64,000 nucleotides of DNA from Paramecium tetraurelia (Eukaryota). The DNA lies in assembly GCA_000165425.1 (NCBI GenBank), contig CT868674.1:62001-126000 (forward strand), written 5' to 3'. The position numbers and the translations under genes are program-made. Positions 1 to 13,482 of this stretch are shown piece after piece. Under the pieces are notes generated by a model, which was not told the origin of the DNA, made no database searches, and saw only the letters and a list, made by a program, of their open reading frames with translations. How positions within the stretch are numbered: position 1 is the first letter of the stretch; the number at the start of each line of letters is the position of its first letter.

Positions 1-600
1 CTATCAATTTCTATTATAAATTTTTTATATAAATTGTTTTAATAATATATGATTGTTAATTAATAAAACATTTAGACTATTTTTTTATTAATTTTATTTA
101 CAATAAAATTCAATATAAGCAGTACTAACTTCACTCCTTATTTTTAAAAGGAATCAGATAATTTCTTTTAGCAATTCGAATATTTAATTTTTTACAGTGA
201 ACATTACTCATTTTGTATTATTTAATTTGAGTATTACAAATTGATTCTTGTTTATAATATTATTAAATTGCTAAAAGAGGTTTAGAATTTAATTGTAATC
301 AACATTTCCTTGTTGAAAATTTAGTTGGAAATCTCAAATCAAATAATGCCCAAATAATTTCTATCTGTAACAGCCTCTATAATTTTTAACGTTCTATTAT
401 GTTTTCATTTATTTTATAAAGTTGCTTATTTGAATAATAATAAGTTCACAGATCTCCATTTGAACCACAATTGTTAGTACTATGTTAATTTAGTATCTGA
501 TAAAAGTCAGAGTGATTAGTTTATAATTTAATTATTCATAATATCAAGTACTAATATGTTATGATAATTTAATATATATTATTTCAAATATTTTCAACAC

Positions 601-3600
601 TCATAATGTTAGATTTAATTCGTATTTCTCATAAGAATTATACTGATCATTAGGAAAGGTTGGGTAGAATGCGACACAAGCATCAGAACTGCCAACATAT
701 ATCATGTTATAAATTCTCCAATATATCAATCTCACCTAATAATAGATATAATATTAATACCCTTCTTGCAGGATGATACAGGCCTTATAATGCATAAAGT
801 AAAATATTGCCTGGTCCAAGACTGACTCTCATTCCTTCAATGGCTTCCATAACAGCATTAATAACATGAGGTGATGTTTCGAATATGTTTGGCCAAACAT
901 GATTCAATAAATGCATAAGTTGTTCTTCGCATCCTAAGCATTGGACTCCAAGAGCTAAATGTTTAACAGCTGATGAGGCAGTTTATCTATGAACAAGATC
1001 TCTATCAGTCAAAGCATCAATTAATAATGGAATAACTGAATTAATATAAGAATACGCAGTTGGTCCTATGTATTCAAACATAAAAGATAATGACTTTAAA
1101 ACACCATTTTACACATTTAATTCTCTAACTCTATACTCATTCATTAGAGCAGGTAAAACAGTAAAAGGACCGCATGTTTCTGCTACAATTGCAATAGCCA
1201 CAGTAGTACAAACACGAAGTTATCTTTCTTAAACTTTAAGATTATTTAAAAGAGTAGACAAAACATCTTAGGGTCCTATGGCTTTGGCAATATAACCAAA
1301 AGTATTGATAGTTGCTCTTCTAATCCCTTTTTTGTGAGCCTTCAATAAATCTAACAAATCAAAACATATTCTGATCCATTCTTTTGGAGAGACATGTTCT
1401 GGTCCTCGATCTGCAATTCTACCAACTAAATCAATGCAATTCTGCTTAAACCTTCTCATGTCTATTTTTTAAGATGGGTGTCAATCTTGGCAATAAATCT
1501 TTAATAGGAGGGGACATCTTATTCATTCCTATTACATTGACTATAGCCTTCAATCCTCCTAAGATAGATCCTAGAACTTCTGGATATTCTTCACCTAGAC
1601 ATTCAAATAATAACTAGCCTAATCTTCCTAATCTTGCTTCTTCTTAGCAATTCTTCATGCAAACTGCAATTTTACCAATCAAATCAGCTGCTTATTATCT
1701 AACTCTGGGTGATTTATTAGATAATCTCCATTATAAAACACCACCTAATTAACTGAAATAAGGCTTAGATCTACTGCCAAAAGCATTAATTATAGATCCA
1801 AATCCACTCAACATTGTTTAGGTATCTTCACTTTGTTATTCATTAAATGCCCATAAGACTCCATCCATCAATCTGTTTTCCAATTTCGAATCGATATCTG
1901 ATACTCCTAGTTAATTTATAAACTTTTCTATAGTTTCCACAACCATCTTTCTAAATGATTCATTTTCATCTTTGAGATCTCCTACAATTCTTTCTAATAT
2001 TTCAGCTGCTCCCACTTTAGCAGCTATTTCACAGGTGGTTTCAACCATTTATCTGTAATTTCTTCTGTCTGTGGCTGTTCTTTTGCTCCAATAATATTTG
2101 AAGAATTCAGGCATTATCTGATCTCTTACATAAACAGCCTCTATACCTGCACATTATATGCATTATTTTATTACCATTAATACAATCTTCTTCATTTCCT
2201 CTTCCTATATTTCAAATTAGTTTTTCAATATAGGAACGATTGCTTTAACATACTCTGTTGCATGTTCCACATCCATTAATGGAATGATGAATCCAATCGC
2301 TTTTAAAAATGCTGCTAATCCTTTACCCTTATGTGTTTTGATGCCCTCCCACAAAGGAATAAGCACATTATCAAATGCTTCAATACCATATGGAAAGGAG
2401 GCTTCCGCCAAAGCAGCTAATGCTAAAGCTGTAATAGTTTTTACTTTTTATTATTCATCTTTTAATCCATGTTGTATAATTTCAACTAGTGATTTCAGAT
2501 GAGGCAGAATAGCACATCCCATAAAGATACTGATTTATTGAACTATTTTAATACCAGTATGTCTTGCCTACCAACTCTTTCTACTCTAACAGACAGCCTT
2601 TAAAAATGGCAACAATGCTGGAATACCCAAAGCCGAAGCCACAATAGCAAATGCTCTTGCAGTTGTGTTACGAACATAATCATCATTATGATCAATATCA
2701 GGTCTCATGGTAGTAATCATAGTAGCCAAACCAGCTGCCTTAGCTAAATTGGAAATGATCTCTCTAGCTTCAACTCTAGCATAGTAATCTTCATGAATTA
2801 ACAATGGTTAGATAACAACTAATATCTTATGTACATATGGCCTAACCAAATCATCCAATTTAAATAGGACTCTGTCAATTACTTTCACCAATAGATGTCT
2901 CTCTTGATCCTCTAAAGTTGGAGACATTAACAATGGTAAGATCTAATTGAATAATGGAGCAGGTCCAAATTCCCTGGCACTTTAAGTAATTTATCTTAAA
3001 GCTGACTTTCTCATTTAAGGAGTTCCGTTCTTTATTTTCAAAAGCAAAGCCATAATCTTTCTCTCTTTTGCCTATTCTGGAGTTAATTCATCCTCATTGA
3101 TTGGTTGTAACAAAGCTGAGAATAAATTATACTCTTCTGGCTTAATTGCTGGTAATTGACCTATAGTAGGATGAGAGGGAGTAGCTGAAACTTCAATACG
3201 AATAGATTCTGGTATTTAATATTGCACTGGTGATTCAATACTATCTTTTGCATTAAGTAATTTCTTTAATGATGATCTCAATGGTTTATAATTCTCAGGT
3301 GCTCTTAATATCTATTTTATTAATTTATCATTACCTCATAACCATCCTTTGGACCAGGTAAAATGCTGGTTAATTCCTCATCAGTCATATATTTATTTCT
3401 CTCTTCCATTTCTTTTTCCAATCTAAACTAGTATACTCTATCAGGAGTCATGTTTCCTAATTATCCAGGAGTCATTGGCGTCCTCATTACAGTTCCTGGT
3501 GTATGAGGTGTCATTCCTCCTCCAAATCCATGATTGACCAGCCAAAGGTGTTCTTTCTCCCCATCTGGCTTTTATATACGAACGGTTAGGAGTGGGAGTT

Positions 3601-4210
3601 TCTCCGTATTTATATGGGGTATCTCCAATTTCCATATGTCCAGGAGTAGGCGTTTCTCCAAATACTGTTCCTGCTCGACCTGGAGTAGCTTATAATTTAT
3701 TTGTATTATCCCATCTGGATGCTCTTGCAGATGATTATGGACCATCTAAATATTAATGAACTATTTAAAAATACCTCTTGATGGGGTTTCCCATTTTTAA
3801 GGCTTTTTAGAAACATCTTTGCTTTCTTATTCCCATTCTGATCTTTCCTATTTAATTTATTAAGCAACATTTTATTCCACCTTCACTTGTTGTTTGACCA
3901 ATTTTTTTTCCTCCTTATTTAATGTCTCTGTCTTTTTAATTTTATTTTCAATTTCAGATCTGGAATTCTCCAAGTCCTATTAGATCATGATTTCTGCGTA
4001 TGTTCTCCCATTCTCACCTCCTTAATCATTGAACACATCTTTTCTTTCTGGACTCAACTAGCGGTTCTTTTGCTTGTACTTGAACTTTTCTTCAACTTTG
4101 TCTAAATTTTACTTTCTTGTTTAATTGTCCTCGCCAATTTATGCAGCTTCTTCCAAAATTTGTTTTGGTGCCGTATACGCAAATCGTTATTTGCCCTGCT
4201 CTTCAGTCAT
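601..4210 (-). CDS. SF3B1: Splicing factor 3B subunit 1 (U2 snRNP); carries an apparent 1-nt insertion near 1444
   Basis: Ciliate-code translation gives [55 protein letters not shown] and [14 protein letters not shown]-terminal TP repeats and Trp motifs (RWD, KWETP). ATG at 4210, TGA at 601, several tiny introns. Confidence 0.97.
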
Positions 4211-4369
4211 TTAATTTAAATAATAAATAAAGATTTTATATTAATGTGTATATATAATATATTATTATTATTGGAAGAGCCTTAAAAAGAAATAGATTAT
4301 CTATGACTCTACACAAATCTAAATAATAACATTAAATGAATTTATAAATAACAATTAAATTTAATAGAT

Positions 4370-5884
4370 ATGTAAAGCATAGTATAATTGGACTGTTTGA
4401 AGCATAATAACCAATAGATCTGCATGTTAGACATTGGAAAATCCACTCTAAATGGATCTAGAACCCTTTGCTAATCCTGTTTCAACAATTTGAGCCAAAA
4501 AGAGAATGTGATATTTCTTGCCTCTTTTTATGAAAAGTTGAATTAGCATAAAGATAAGGAACATCGTTGGATAGAGGACAAGAAATAAGAGCTCCATAAA
4601 AAGTTGTCACCTTTGATCAAGCACCTTCAAGAAGCTCAGAATAGGCTAATTAAAATTTTAGAATTTGCTTAGACCGAATTTTAGTAGTTTTAATCGATTA
4701 TAGAATAGAGTTTGAACAATATGCAAGTGAAATTAGCGGCATTGGGGTAAAATCCAACAATTTCACAACTCGAAGAACTAGCCGAGAGAATTGGCAAAGG
4801 AGATCGACTTATTCCTTTTGATTTCTCAGCTGAATGCGAGAAAATGTTAACTAATAGATAATAAAATTCTTTAGGTGAACAATCTAGAAGGTTACAGGAA
4901 CTATTCAAAGAAATCAAAAATATATTCTCTTATCTAGAAAATAAAAATATCAATGAGTTTGTTTTGGCTTATGAGAGCTAGGTTGACAAATTATGCTAAT
5001 CTATTGGAGTAAACTACTAGGATAGAACAGTAGCAATTTCTGAAGACAAAGATATTTCTCTCTGGAATCTTGATAATTATGCGTTTGATAAAATAGATTA
5101 TTTGAAGGGACATCTCGAAAAAGTCACTTGTATTTAATTTAGTTAACAATAAAATTGGTTTGTTTCTGGTTCAGATGATCAAACATTAAAAATTTGGAAA
5201 ATGAATAAAGATCTTTGGTGTTGCACTCAAACTCTGGATGGACATCAAAATTATATTAGTGATATTAAAATTAGTAATGACGAGAATACTCTTATATCAT
5301 CTAGTTTTGATTTTAAGATCAAAATTTGGTAATAGAAAGATCAAAAGATTTGGTTCTGTTCTTAAACCCTTGATAATCATAAAAACTATGTTTATTATTT
5401 GTCCATAAATGGATCTAATACACTTTTTGCTTCATCTTCTTGGGATTTCACTTTAAAAATTTGGTAGTTAAAAAGTAGAAAATGGGAATAGTATAGAACA
5501 ATTGAGAAGAGATAAAATGAATGGATTAAACGAATCTGTTTTTTAAATGATACTTAAATAGCTTGTTAGATTGTTGGATAACCAAAAATTGTAATAATGT
5601 AAGTCATTGGGAATAATGAGATATCATAATTGCAAGAAATTCCATTAACTGAAAATGATGATGAGTACTCGTATAATCCAATGATTTATTTTTAGAAGAA
5701 GAAGCTTATAATTTTGAAGAACAACAAAAGCACACTAATACTCTAAGAAAAAAATAATGGATTATTTTAATTGATTCATACTATTAAAGGAAATCATCAA
5801 AGTCCAACTATAATTACAACTGGAAAGAGTTTAATAATGTTTGAGAAGGATAAAAAAAAGTTGTAATTATTCAAGACCTATTGA
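4370..5884 (+). CDS. WD40-repeat protein with N-terminal Cys/His motif and coiled coil
   Basis: LKGHLEKVTCI..FVSGSDDQTLKIW, LDGHQNYISDI..ISSSFDFKIKIW, FASSSWDFTLKIW. N-terminal CLKH..C..LCQSC. Confidence 0.88.
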
Positions 5885-5962
5885 GATTGATAATGAGTTT
5901 AATCTATTAGATCTGATTATATATAAATTTTATTATTGAATTCTTTATATTATTGATCATAA

Positions 5963-6836
5963 TCAATTAAGCAATTCATGCTCTAAGGCTTATCTATCCC
6001 ACCATCCTTCAGAGTCAAAAGTGAGATATTCTCCAGTCGATTTGTCCTTGAAGATTAGATTTCTATCCAATTTGTGGTAATGGAGATTCCAAAAGTAATT
6101 CTCTAATTTTGTATTATCAATGAAGATTACCTTTTATTTCTTGCTCTGAAAAATCAACATGCTCTAAATCAGATATTTAATGCAATTTGGTGATCAATTA
6201 TCCAAAAGCACCTACTTTTTGAACTGCAATCTAATGTGTATGAGGCAATAAATCCATTCTGATGACTGTTCTTCTAGTAAGTTCATAGAAGTAGGCCTAA
6301 GATTTATAAATAGTTAGTACGTTGAATCCAACAGTGTAGCCAAATAGGGCAACCAAAGCATAATAGAGGGGATATTTAGTAGTTAAGAAGAAGATTCCTC
6401 CCACGATTTCTAAGGATCTACCATATCTGAAGGGTTTTCCGAATCTGTATGAGGTGTATATATTGATGCCGTTCTCGTGAAGCTAAAGGGATGGAATGGA
6501 TGCATTACCTTAGGTGGGAAATAGACATCGGAAACAGCTTCAGCTTAGACACTTGAGAATGAAGTTGCAATATATTTGACGATAGTTGAATTGTAGAGGC
6601 TAGTTAAGTAATTGAATAAGGCAATACGGTGTGATTTTGGGTAACCAAGTGTAAGTAGCAAAAAATCTCTCTTTTGCTTCTGGATGCATGTTAATGAAAA
6701 CTCTATATTTATCAATGTCGACTTTAGTCATTAAATCTGGTCTGTTTGGTTGGTGATGACTGGCTTTGAGGTGATGATCGCTTGCTCTGAATTTACTCAG
6801 ATTCACCAAAGATCGAACTCCATTAAACTTTTACAT
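5963..6836 (-). CDS. Probable mitochondrial membrane protein, TMEM70/TMEM186-like
   Basis: Basic presequence-like N-terminus (MQKFNGVRSLVNLSKFRA), two hydrophobic segments, then RTVIRMDLLP..AVQKVGAFG and C-terminal YLTFDSEGWWDRQALEHELLN. Family call is by resemblance only. Confidence 0.5.
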
Positions 6837-6915
6837 TATTAATATTATTTGATTTAAATATATAAATTTTCATTATTTTAATCAAAACATTAAATAAAAT
6901 TTTTATTGTTCCAAA

Positions 6916-7898
6916 ATGCATAATTATCGCGGAGTTAGACCGTCTACTGCCAAAATGAACACACTGCCTCCAGAGACAGAAAATCTGGAAGAGTATATGT
7001 ACGATATTTCATATTAAGGATAGGAAAATACTTTATGATCACTAAAAGGCTTGTGAGAAAGCAGGTAAATATTTGGAGGCTGATTGTGCAAAATAAAGAT
7101 TGAAAGATCTCAAAATTAAATACGAATCCAGAGCTAAATTAGATATAAGAGACAGACATGAATAAGAAGTTGATTTATAATTCATAATTTAGAAATATGA
7201 ACTAACTAAATCACATCAAGAAGAAATGCAAAATTTCAATGCTTTTTGGGATGAAAAAATATAAGAGTTTGAACAAGATGCATAGAAGCTTAAAAATGAA
7301 CTATAACAAAAATAAGAAGATGAAATGCAATAATTCCTATAAGATTTAGAGGGTTCTATTCCATAAACTCCCAAAGATTCTGCAGAATTATTGAGTCTCA
7401 AAAAAACAGAAGAGTAATTAGCGAGATAAGAAGAGTACTGTATTCACGCTATATTAGATATTTGGAAGCACATAAAATACAATCCAGAATCCAATAGATT
7501 TCGAAAGAAGAGCAAGAGAAGTGGACTTTAATGAGGAACAATAAAATTAAGAATCTCCTCCAATAATAAAAGATCAAGCAAAATAACGAAACCAATGTGC
7601 TAAATTAAAGAATTGAAAATGCTTAGGAAGAATAAAGAAAAATCAAAAAATCTGAGGAAGAAAAGTAGAATCTATATTTATAATAGATTAATTTAAAAGT
7701 ATATTAACGTGAAAAAAGAATTAGAAGGGAAACAACTACAAGAATTACAAAGGGTTGACAAAGACTTTAAGAATACAACGTCTAATTTTATAGCTTCTAG
7801 AATGTCAAAAATGGCATCTCAATCAGGTTCCTAAATGTAAAGCGAAGATTGTAAACTAAAAATTATATATTCTAGAGTAATTCAAAGGGAAAAATTGA
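6916..7898 (+). CDS. Coiled-coil protein of unknown function
   Basis: Open in ciliate code with about 5 tiny introns: HQKACEKAGKYLEADCAK, EEMQNFNAFWDEK, YLEAHKIQ. E/K/Q-rich. Exact 3' end depends on the last intron. Confidence 0.75.
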
Positions 7899-8741
7899 AT
7901 ATCAATTATAACATTATTTATTATATCTTACTCTTTTAATCATGATTCCATAAACACCTTTTGAGTGAATTGCTATTTATATTTTAATTTAAAATGCTCC
8001 TCAATTACAATAAATTGTATTTTATCAGTAATTTATATCACAATTGGGGGACTAGGATATTCAATAAGAATTAGTGGTGGAAACCTATGGATATCTTTAG
8101 CCATGCCAGTTTTCCTAAAAACTAATTAAATTAAGAATAAATTTATTTAATTTATGATTAAGCCACTCAAGAAATAAGTTAACTGATTCTTTTCTTTAGC
8201 ATTTGATAATAAGTCATCGAATTTTTATTTCTTTATAAACAATAGAGTATTTGTATAATTGTTTTAGAATAATATGAAGTAAAAAAATAATCCAAAATAA
8301 TTTAAGGTCTAAATTAATAATATTTTATTCATATTTTGATCAATAAAATAGAAATAAAGATACTCTATCATTGCAATCTTACTAAGAAAAACTTAAGGAT
8401 TTTTGAATTAAATTTTAAGATATTGTAAAAATACAACTTGACAAAGTTAAGAATGTTAGGGTTTTTCAATTGGAATAACAAGAAAATTATAATCGAACAG
8501 TTTTTTTAGGGGATTTGCACATTAAAATCAAAACCTTAAAAAAATTATGAAGATTAATCATTAATTAAGTATAGCATCACTTTTGAATTAAGAAAATATA
8601 ATATGGAAACTATTATAAGCAGATATTATCAAAGAATGTGCTAGTAATTAATCTTTCCTTTTTTAAATTATGCAGTTTTGAAAAAAGACACAAATATTGA
8701 TAAGAAGGCGATTCGGAAAATTATCAGATTGATTTTATAAA

Positions 8742-10600
8742 TCAACCTCTTAACTTATGATACTCGTTGGTAATTACTTCAGTCCAAGCTTACTTCAAAT
8801 CAGCTACTTTAAAATTCTTCTTTAACTCAGATGTAATTTAATTTGAATTAAATTCATTTACAATCATCTCTAAAACAGTATGATATCTTTCTTCACTGTA
8901 GCAATGAAGAAAAATTCTGTTTTTCTGATATTCTTTTAAATTTGTAAAGTATTTAACCTATTCAGTTGGAAATAGAGATCCACCATTAGTATAAAACAAA
9001 GTTTCGGTTCTAAGAATAAATTTAAGTTTATACCTTTCAAATGCATCGTAATAGTCTGGTATAATAATAGTATAGGACTTTTGAAATGCATTTCTATAAT
9101 CAGTGCTTCCACCATTTAGTTAAATTCTATGCTCCATTCACTTTAGATTGACACTTTCACAATCTATTGCGATTCAAGCAACATGATTAAAAATAGTAAC
9201 ACTCACTCTAGCATTTGGATTTTTCTATATTTCCAAAGCGTAATTTAAACAACAATTTTTCTCAGTATTCCCAAACATCTCCCTTCAAAGATTTAGAATC
9301 CTCAATCATAAAAATATAATGAATTTTTTTCAATTTCAAATTTGTAATGGTATTTTTTTGTTCTATTTCTGATTAATACACTTGAAGCCTATTTTTCAAT
9401 TGCTCGTTTTCTGATACTGTTCCTTCAGCTTCACTTTCTTATTAAAACCTTTGCAACCATTATTTTAATTGATCATTTTCAGCTTTTATTGCTGATCTTT
9501 CAGTTTCACTTTATTAATGAAAAATTAATTATTGGGTTTGCGTTTGCTTTAATGATTAAATTTTGGATTAGTTGGATACAACTATAATTCTTTAATTTTG
9601 ATTTTTCATGAAATTATTGTTTTTCGAATTGCTATTATTAGAACTCTTCATTTAATTATTAATAATCAATGCTTTACATCAATAATTCTTTATAAAGACA
9701 TACTTCTTTCTTTTTTATTTAATTAAATCGATACTTTTATTATAGATATTAGTTTATGGATTATTTAATCATCAAATTAAGGATTATCAAATGGTTAGGT
9801 GATGATTCATTCTCTTAAGGAAATCTTAGCTTTTAAAGCTCTTACAACCAATATTCATTATCAACAACTATCTACCAATTTTAATTATCAACAACTATCT
9901 ATTTAAGAAAATCATCAATTCTATTGAATGACAACTAAATGGCTTATTTAAAGGTAAATACTTCAATATTTTCTTATAATTTTTCACATAACAGTTTTAT
10001 ACAAAAAAAATACTAAATTTTGGGACTATTGCTTGTAATCATCCAAACTTTGAATCAAAGGATTCTAATATAACAAAAATGCTATTTAATAAAGTAAGAT
10101 GTACAACAAAATGTAGTTTATCAGACGGGTTTCTTATACAACATAATTAATACTATAGAAACTATTAAGATTATTTTTCTAATTAAATTAAAATAACAGT
10201 ATTTTTGGCTATTTTATTTTCTTGTTCAATTCCTTCTAGGATTAAAGATTACTTGCTACTTAAAGTTAAAGTGGCTTAACAATAAATAGTGCTAACAACT
10301 ATTACATTCCAAGTATGTATTGAAGACCCAAAATTGGAATCAATTATTGTTGAATGTTACTGCTTTATATATACAAGCTAAAATATTTATCTAAACTCTC
10401 TGCGATAATTAATTTACTTTTATTAGATATTTTTATGGCTTCTTTGTTGCAATTAGTCTGTAAGAATAAAAAAGGTTACCCCATTATCTAATTAAAAAAA
10501 CTACGATGTTTTGAGGTATTTAAAGCTCTTTCACAGGGCATTTTGTTTTTATTTTCTTGTTCATATTAGATTAAAAATACCTTTATTTGGAGCATTATCT
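8742..10600 (-). pseudogene. Decayed gene with coiled coil and C-terminal von Willebrand A domain
   Basis: IHYIFMIEDSKSL (degenerate MIDAS), ARVSVTIFN, GGSTDYRNAF, LFYTNGG. In-frame TGAs at 9262, 9174 and 9138 plus a frameshift. 5' limit approximate. Confidence 0.7.
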
Positions 10601-11216
10601 GTATAAACTATTTTCAAATTTTATTACTATTAAAGATAATAAGTAAATTAAGATATGAAGCATTAATTTATTTAATTTATATTAATTAAAAAAATGAGAA
10701 TATTATTGAAACTATAGTCAATATTATGGGGCATCTAAATACCGATATGATTTTGAGAAGTTATGGATTAGTATTATTTATATCACATTTTGGAGGAACT
10801 TCAAAGTAGTTGGGGTCAATAGGTTAATTTAGAGATAAAAATTAAGGAATATAAAAATATCATCCCAATATAAATGTTAAAACAGCAAATTCAATTAGAG
10901 GGTCTTAATAAAATAAATAAAATTGTTAATCCATGCTAATAAGTCCAAAATAGTCCAAAATAAGTTTATTGTCAATGGACCGAGCAATTATGTAAAAATC
11001 TTGTCATTAAAAGATATTTTGAAAATCAATTACATGCCACCAGTGTTGTCAGATATGGGTATATAAAAGTATGTTATCTAAGAAAAACTTAGTAATTATC
11101 CTTTAATTTTATCCATATAAAGTATAATATTGTAATTTTATAAAATCTTATTTTAATAAAATAATTTCATTAATGGACAATTTATATTATATTAATATTA
11201 ATTAACTAAATTGGCA

Positions 11217-12630
11217 ATGTACGAATTGCAATTAGGAGATTTGATTGGGAATGTTTATAAAGTTAAGAAACTTCTATCTTAAGGTTCCTTTGGTAGGGTA
11301 TATTTGGGAAGAAACATAGAGAGTGGAATGAAAGTCGCAATAAAGGTTGAAAAATAGGAAATGTCAAATTGCTTTAGTATAGAAAGAGAGGTTAGTTGAG
11401 ACATTATTAGTAGGTAAAAATATTGAAGAAATTACGAGGTATATCTTAAGTGCCATAGTTACTTTGGCACGGAAAGCACAATGAATTCTAAGTCATGATA
11501 ACAAAGATGCTAGGATTTGATTTAATTTATTTCTTGAAAAAACACAAGAGATTCTCAAATGAATGCATTTTCAATATAGCTTAACAAATGATAGAAATAT
11601 TAGAGAATATTCATAAAAAGTATTTTTAATCATATTATTTTAGGAATATACTCCATAGAGATTTAAAACCAGAAAATATTTTGGGTAAAAGACATTCAGA
11701 TCAGATTTATCTAATTGATTATGGGATTGCAAAAGATTTTGTAAAAAGTAAGAAATAAAGTTAAGTGAAAATTCCATTTATTGGAACAAGCAGATATGCA
11801 AGTATCACAGCTCATCAAGGATTGGAGTAATCAAGAAGGGATGATTTAGAATCCTTAGGTTATGTTCTGATATATCTTTTCAAACAGAAATTACCTTGGT
11901 CTAATTATGAGAACAGTGAATATGATCGTTTAGAGAGGATCGGGTAATTGAAAAGTGAAATACCGCTAAAAGAAATTTGTGAAGGCTGTCCACAATAATT
12001 ATATAAGTAATGACAAAACAAAATTTAGTTATATGATTTAGGTGGCAGAATTGAATCATCAATAAGTACCAAATTATTAAAAGCTGAAGTCCATTTTTTA
12101 ATCGAAAATTAATCACAAATAACATGTGATTTTTGATTGGTCAAACACTTAATTGGCTAATTCAAAATCTAGTCAAGATAGAACTAAAAATAATTTGAAA
12201 TAAAATAAATATGATAGTGTTTAGCAGATAAAGCTGTATTGACAATATAAATTATAGTAGATCTATTGAGAAGATGAGTTCTAGACATCTTCATACAATC
12301 ACATTCCATGTTGACTCTAATGCTTCTTCCTGTTTCAATAGTCAACAATCAAGCAGTATGCAGCACTCTTTTGGAAGTCACCAAAGTGTATAAGTTGATT
12401 TTATGAATTCTGATTCGAGTGAACATACTCAAAAACAAGAAATAAATAAGATATCGACTTTTGAGGCTTTCTTAATAACTGATGACATCATGCCCATCAA
12501 GGATTAACTTTAATTGATGGAATTAGAAAATTAGGATCTAGAAATTAAACATACTTTGCTGCATTACCATTCAGTCTATTATAACTTCAAAAATCCATTT
12601 TAGAGTTTGCTGCAACTAAGAATGAATTGA
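11217..12630 (+). CDS. Casein kinase 1 family Ser/Thr kinase
   Basis: QGSFGRVYLG, VAIKVE, HRDLKPEN, LIDYGIAK, GTSRYASITAHQGLEQSRRDDLESLGY, IFDW. Ser-rich tail. Confidence 0.93.
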
Positions 12631-12738
12631 TTTATAAACTTCCTTTTTCATATAGCATATTACATCCGAATTTGAAATGGATTTATCCAAATAAATTTAT
12701 GTATAATATCAACAAATAAATAAAATCAATAGACATCT

Positions 12739-12909
12739 TCATATCGATAGGCTCTTTTAAGGCCTAATCTTACAAGCAATTACATCCTTTGATATGAAAT
12801 CAGCACAGTTCATTGCATTTACCCCTGAGACCTTTTTATCAGACATAAAAATAAGACCAGGGATAAAGTCATTTTTGTTATTCTTGTCTTTGGTACATAC
12901 ACAACCCAT
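12739..12909 (-). CDS. Putative 56-aa microprotein with MGCxC acylation motif
   Basis: ATG GGT TGT GTA TGT start (MGCVCTKDKNNKNDFIPG...), open to TGA at 12739. More GC-rich than its flanks. Confidence 0.5.
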
Positions 12910-13133
12910 CCAAACACAAATTTAAAATATAAATATTATTATTTCTTGATTATGCATTCTGCGTACTGAACTTAAAATTTTCAATATATTTTGAATGATG
13001 GACCAATTTTAAAAGGTTGTCAAATATTTCCTCAAGTTTGTCTGAGACTAATCCTGCCTTGAATTTTAAAGGATTCTACCTTAGATATAATATTAATAAA
13101 TTTAGAAAAGACAACCCCAAATTAAAATAAAAA

Positions 13134-13371
13134 ATGATTTTAATGCTGTTGCAAATATTATTCCGAAATTCTGATAGTGAATTGATTCTATAATCCTATC
13201 TAAAGAGTATTTAAAAATGAATATTTGGTAGTATCTCACATCTCCAATGCAGTTAAGGATACAACTTAGGCTTAATTAATAGCATTAGTGATTGATCTGT
13301 TGGTAACTCTGACTTTGAGCTTATTTTTAGACCGGATGCCAAAATAATAGAAGGCAGAATTATCTAATTGA
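13134..13371 (+). CDS. Possible ~70-aa hydrophobic small protein
   Basis: MILMLLQILFR..., one canonical 25-nt intron (gtattt...ggtag) restores an open frame ending LSN-TGA. No recognisable homology. Confidence 0.25.
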
Positions 13372-13482
13372 ATATTTGATTAATGTGTGCAAGTATCTGT
13401 CATTGAAATTATAATATCATATCATAATTTTATATTAAATAATATATATAATTTATACACATATATATATCTTTTGGGAAAA

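Noticed and set aside
10938..10964. Short direct repeat (a)agtccaaaat x2
   Set aside because: Two copies only, with no array or terminal-repeat structure. Local slippage.
13112..13120. CAACCCCAA, identical to the ciliate telomerase RNA template
   Set aside because: No upstream UGUCA template-boundary motif or structured context. Flanks are plain A/T-rich, so a chance 9-mer is likely.
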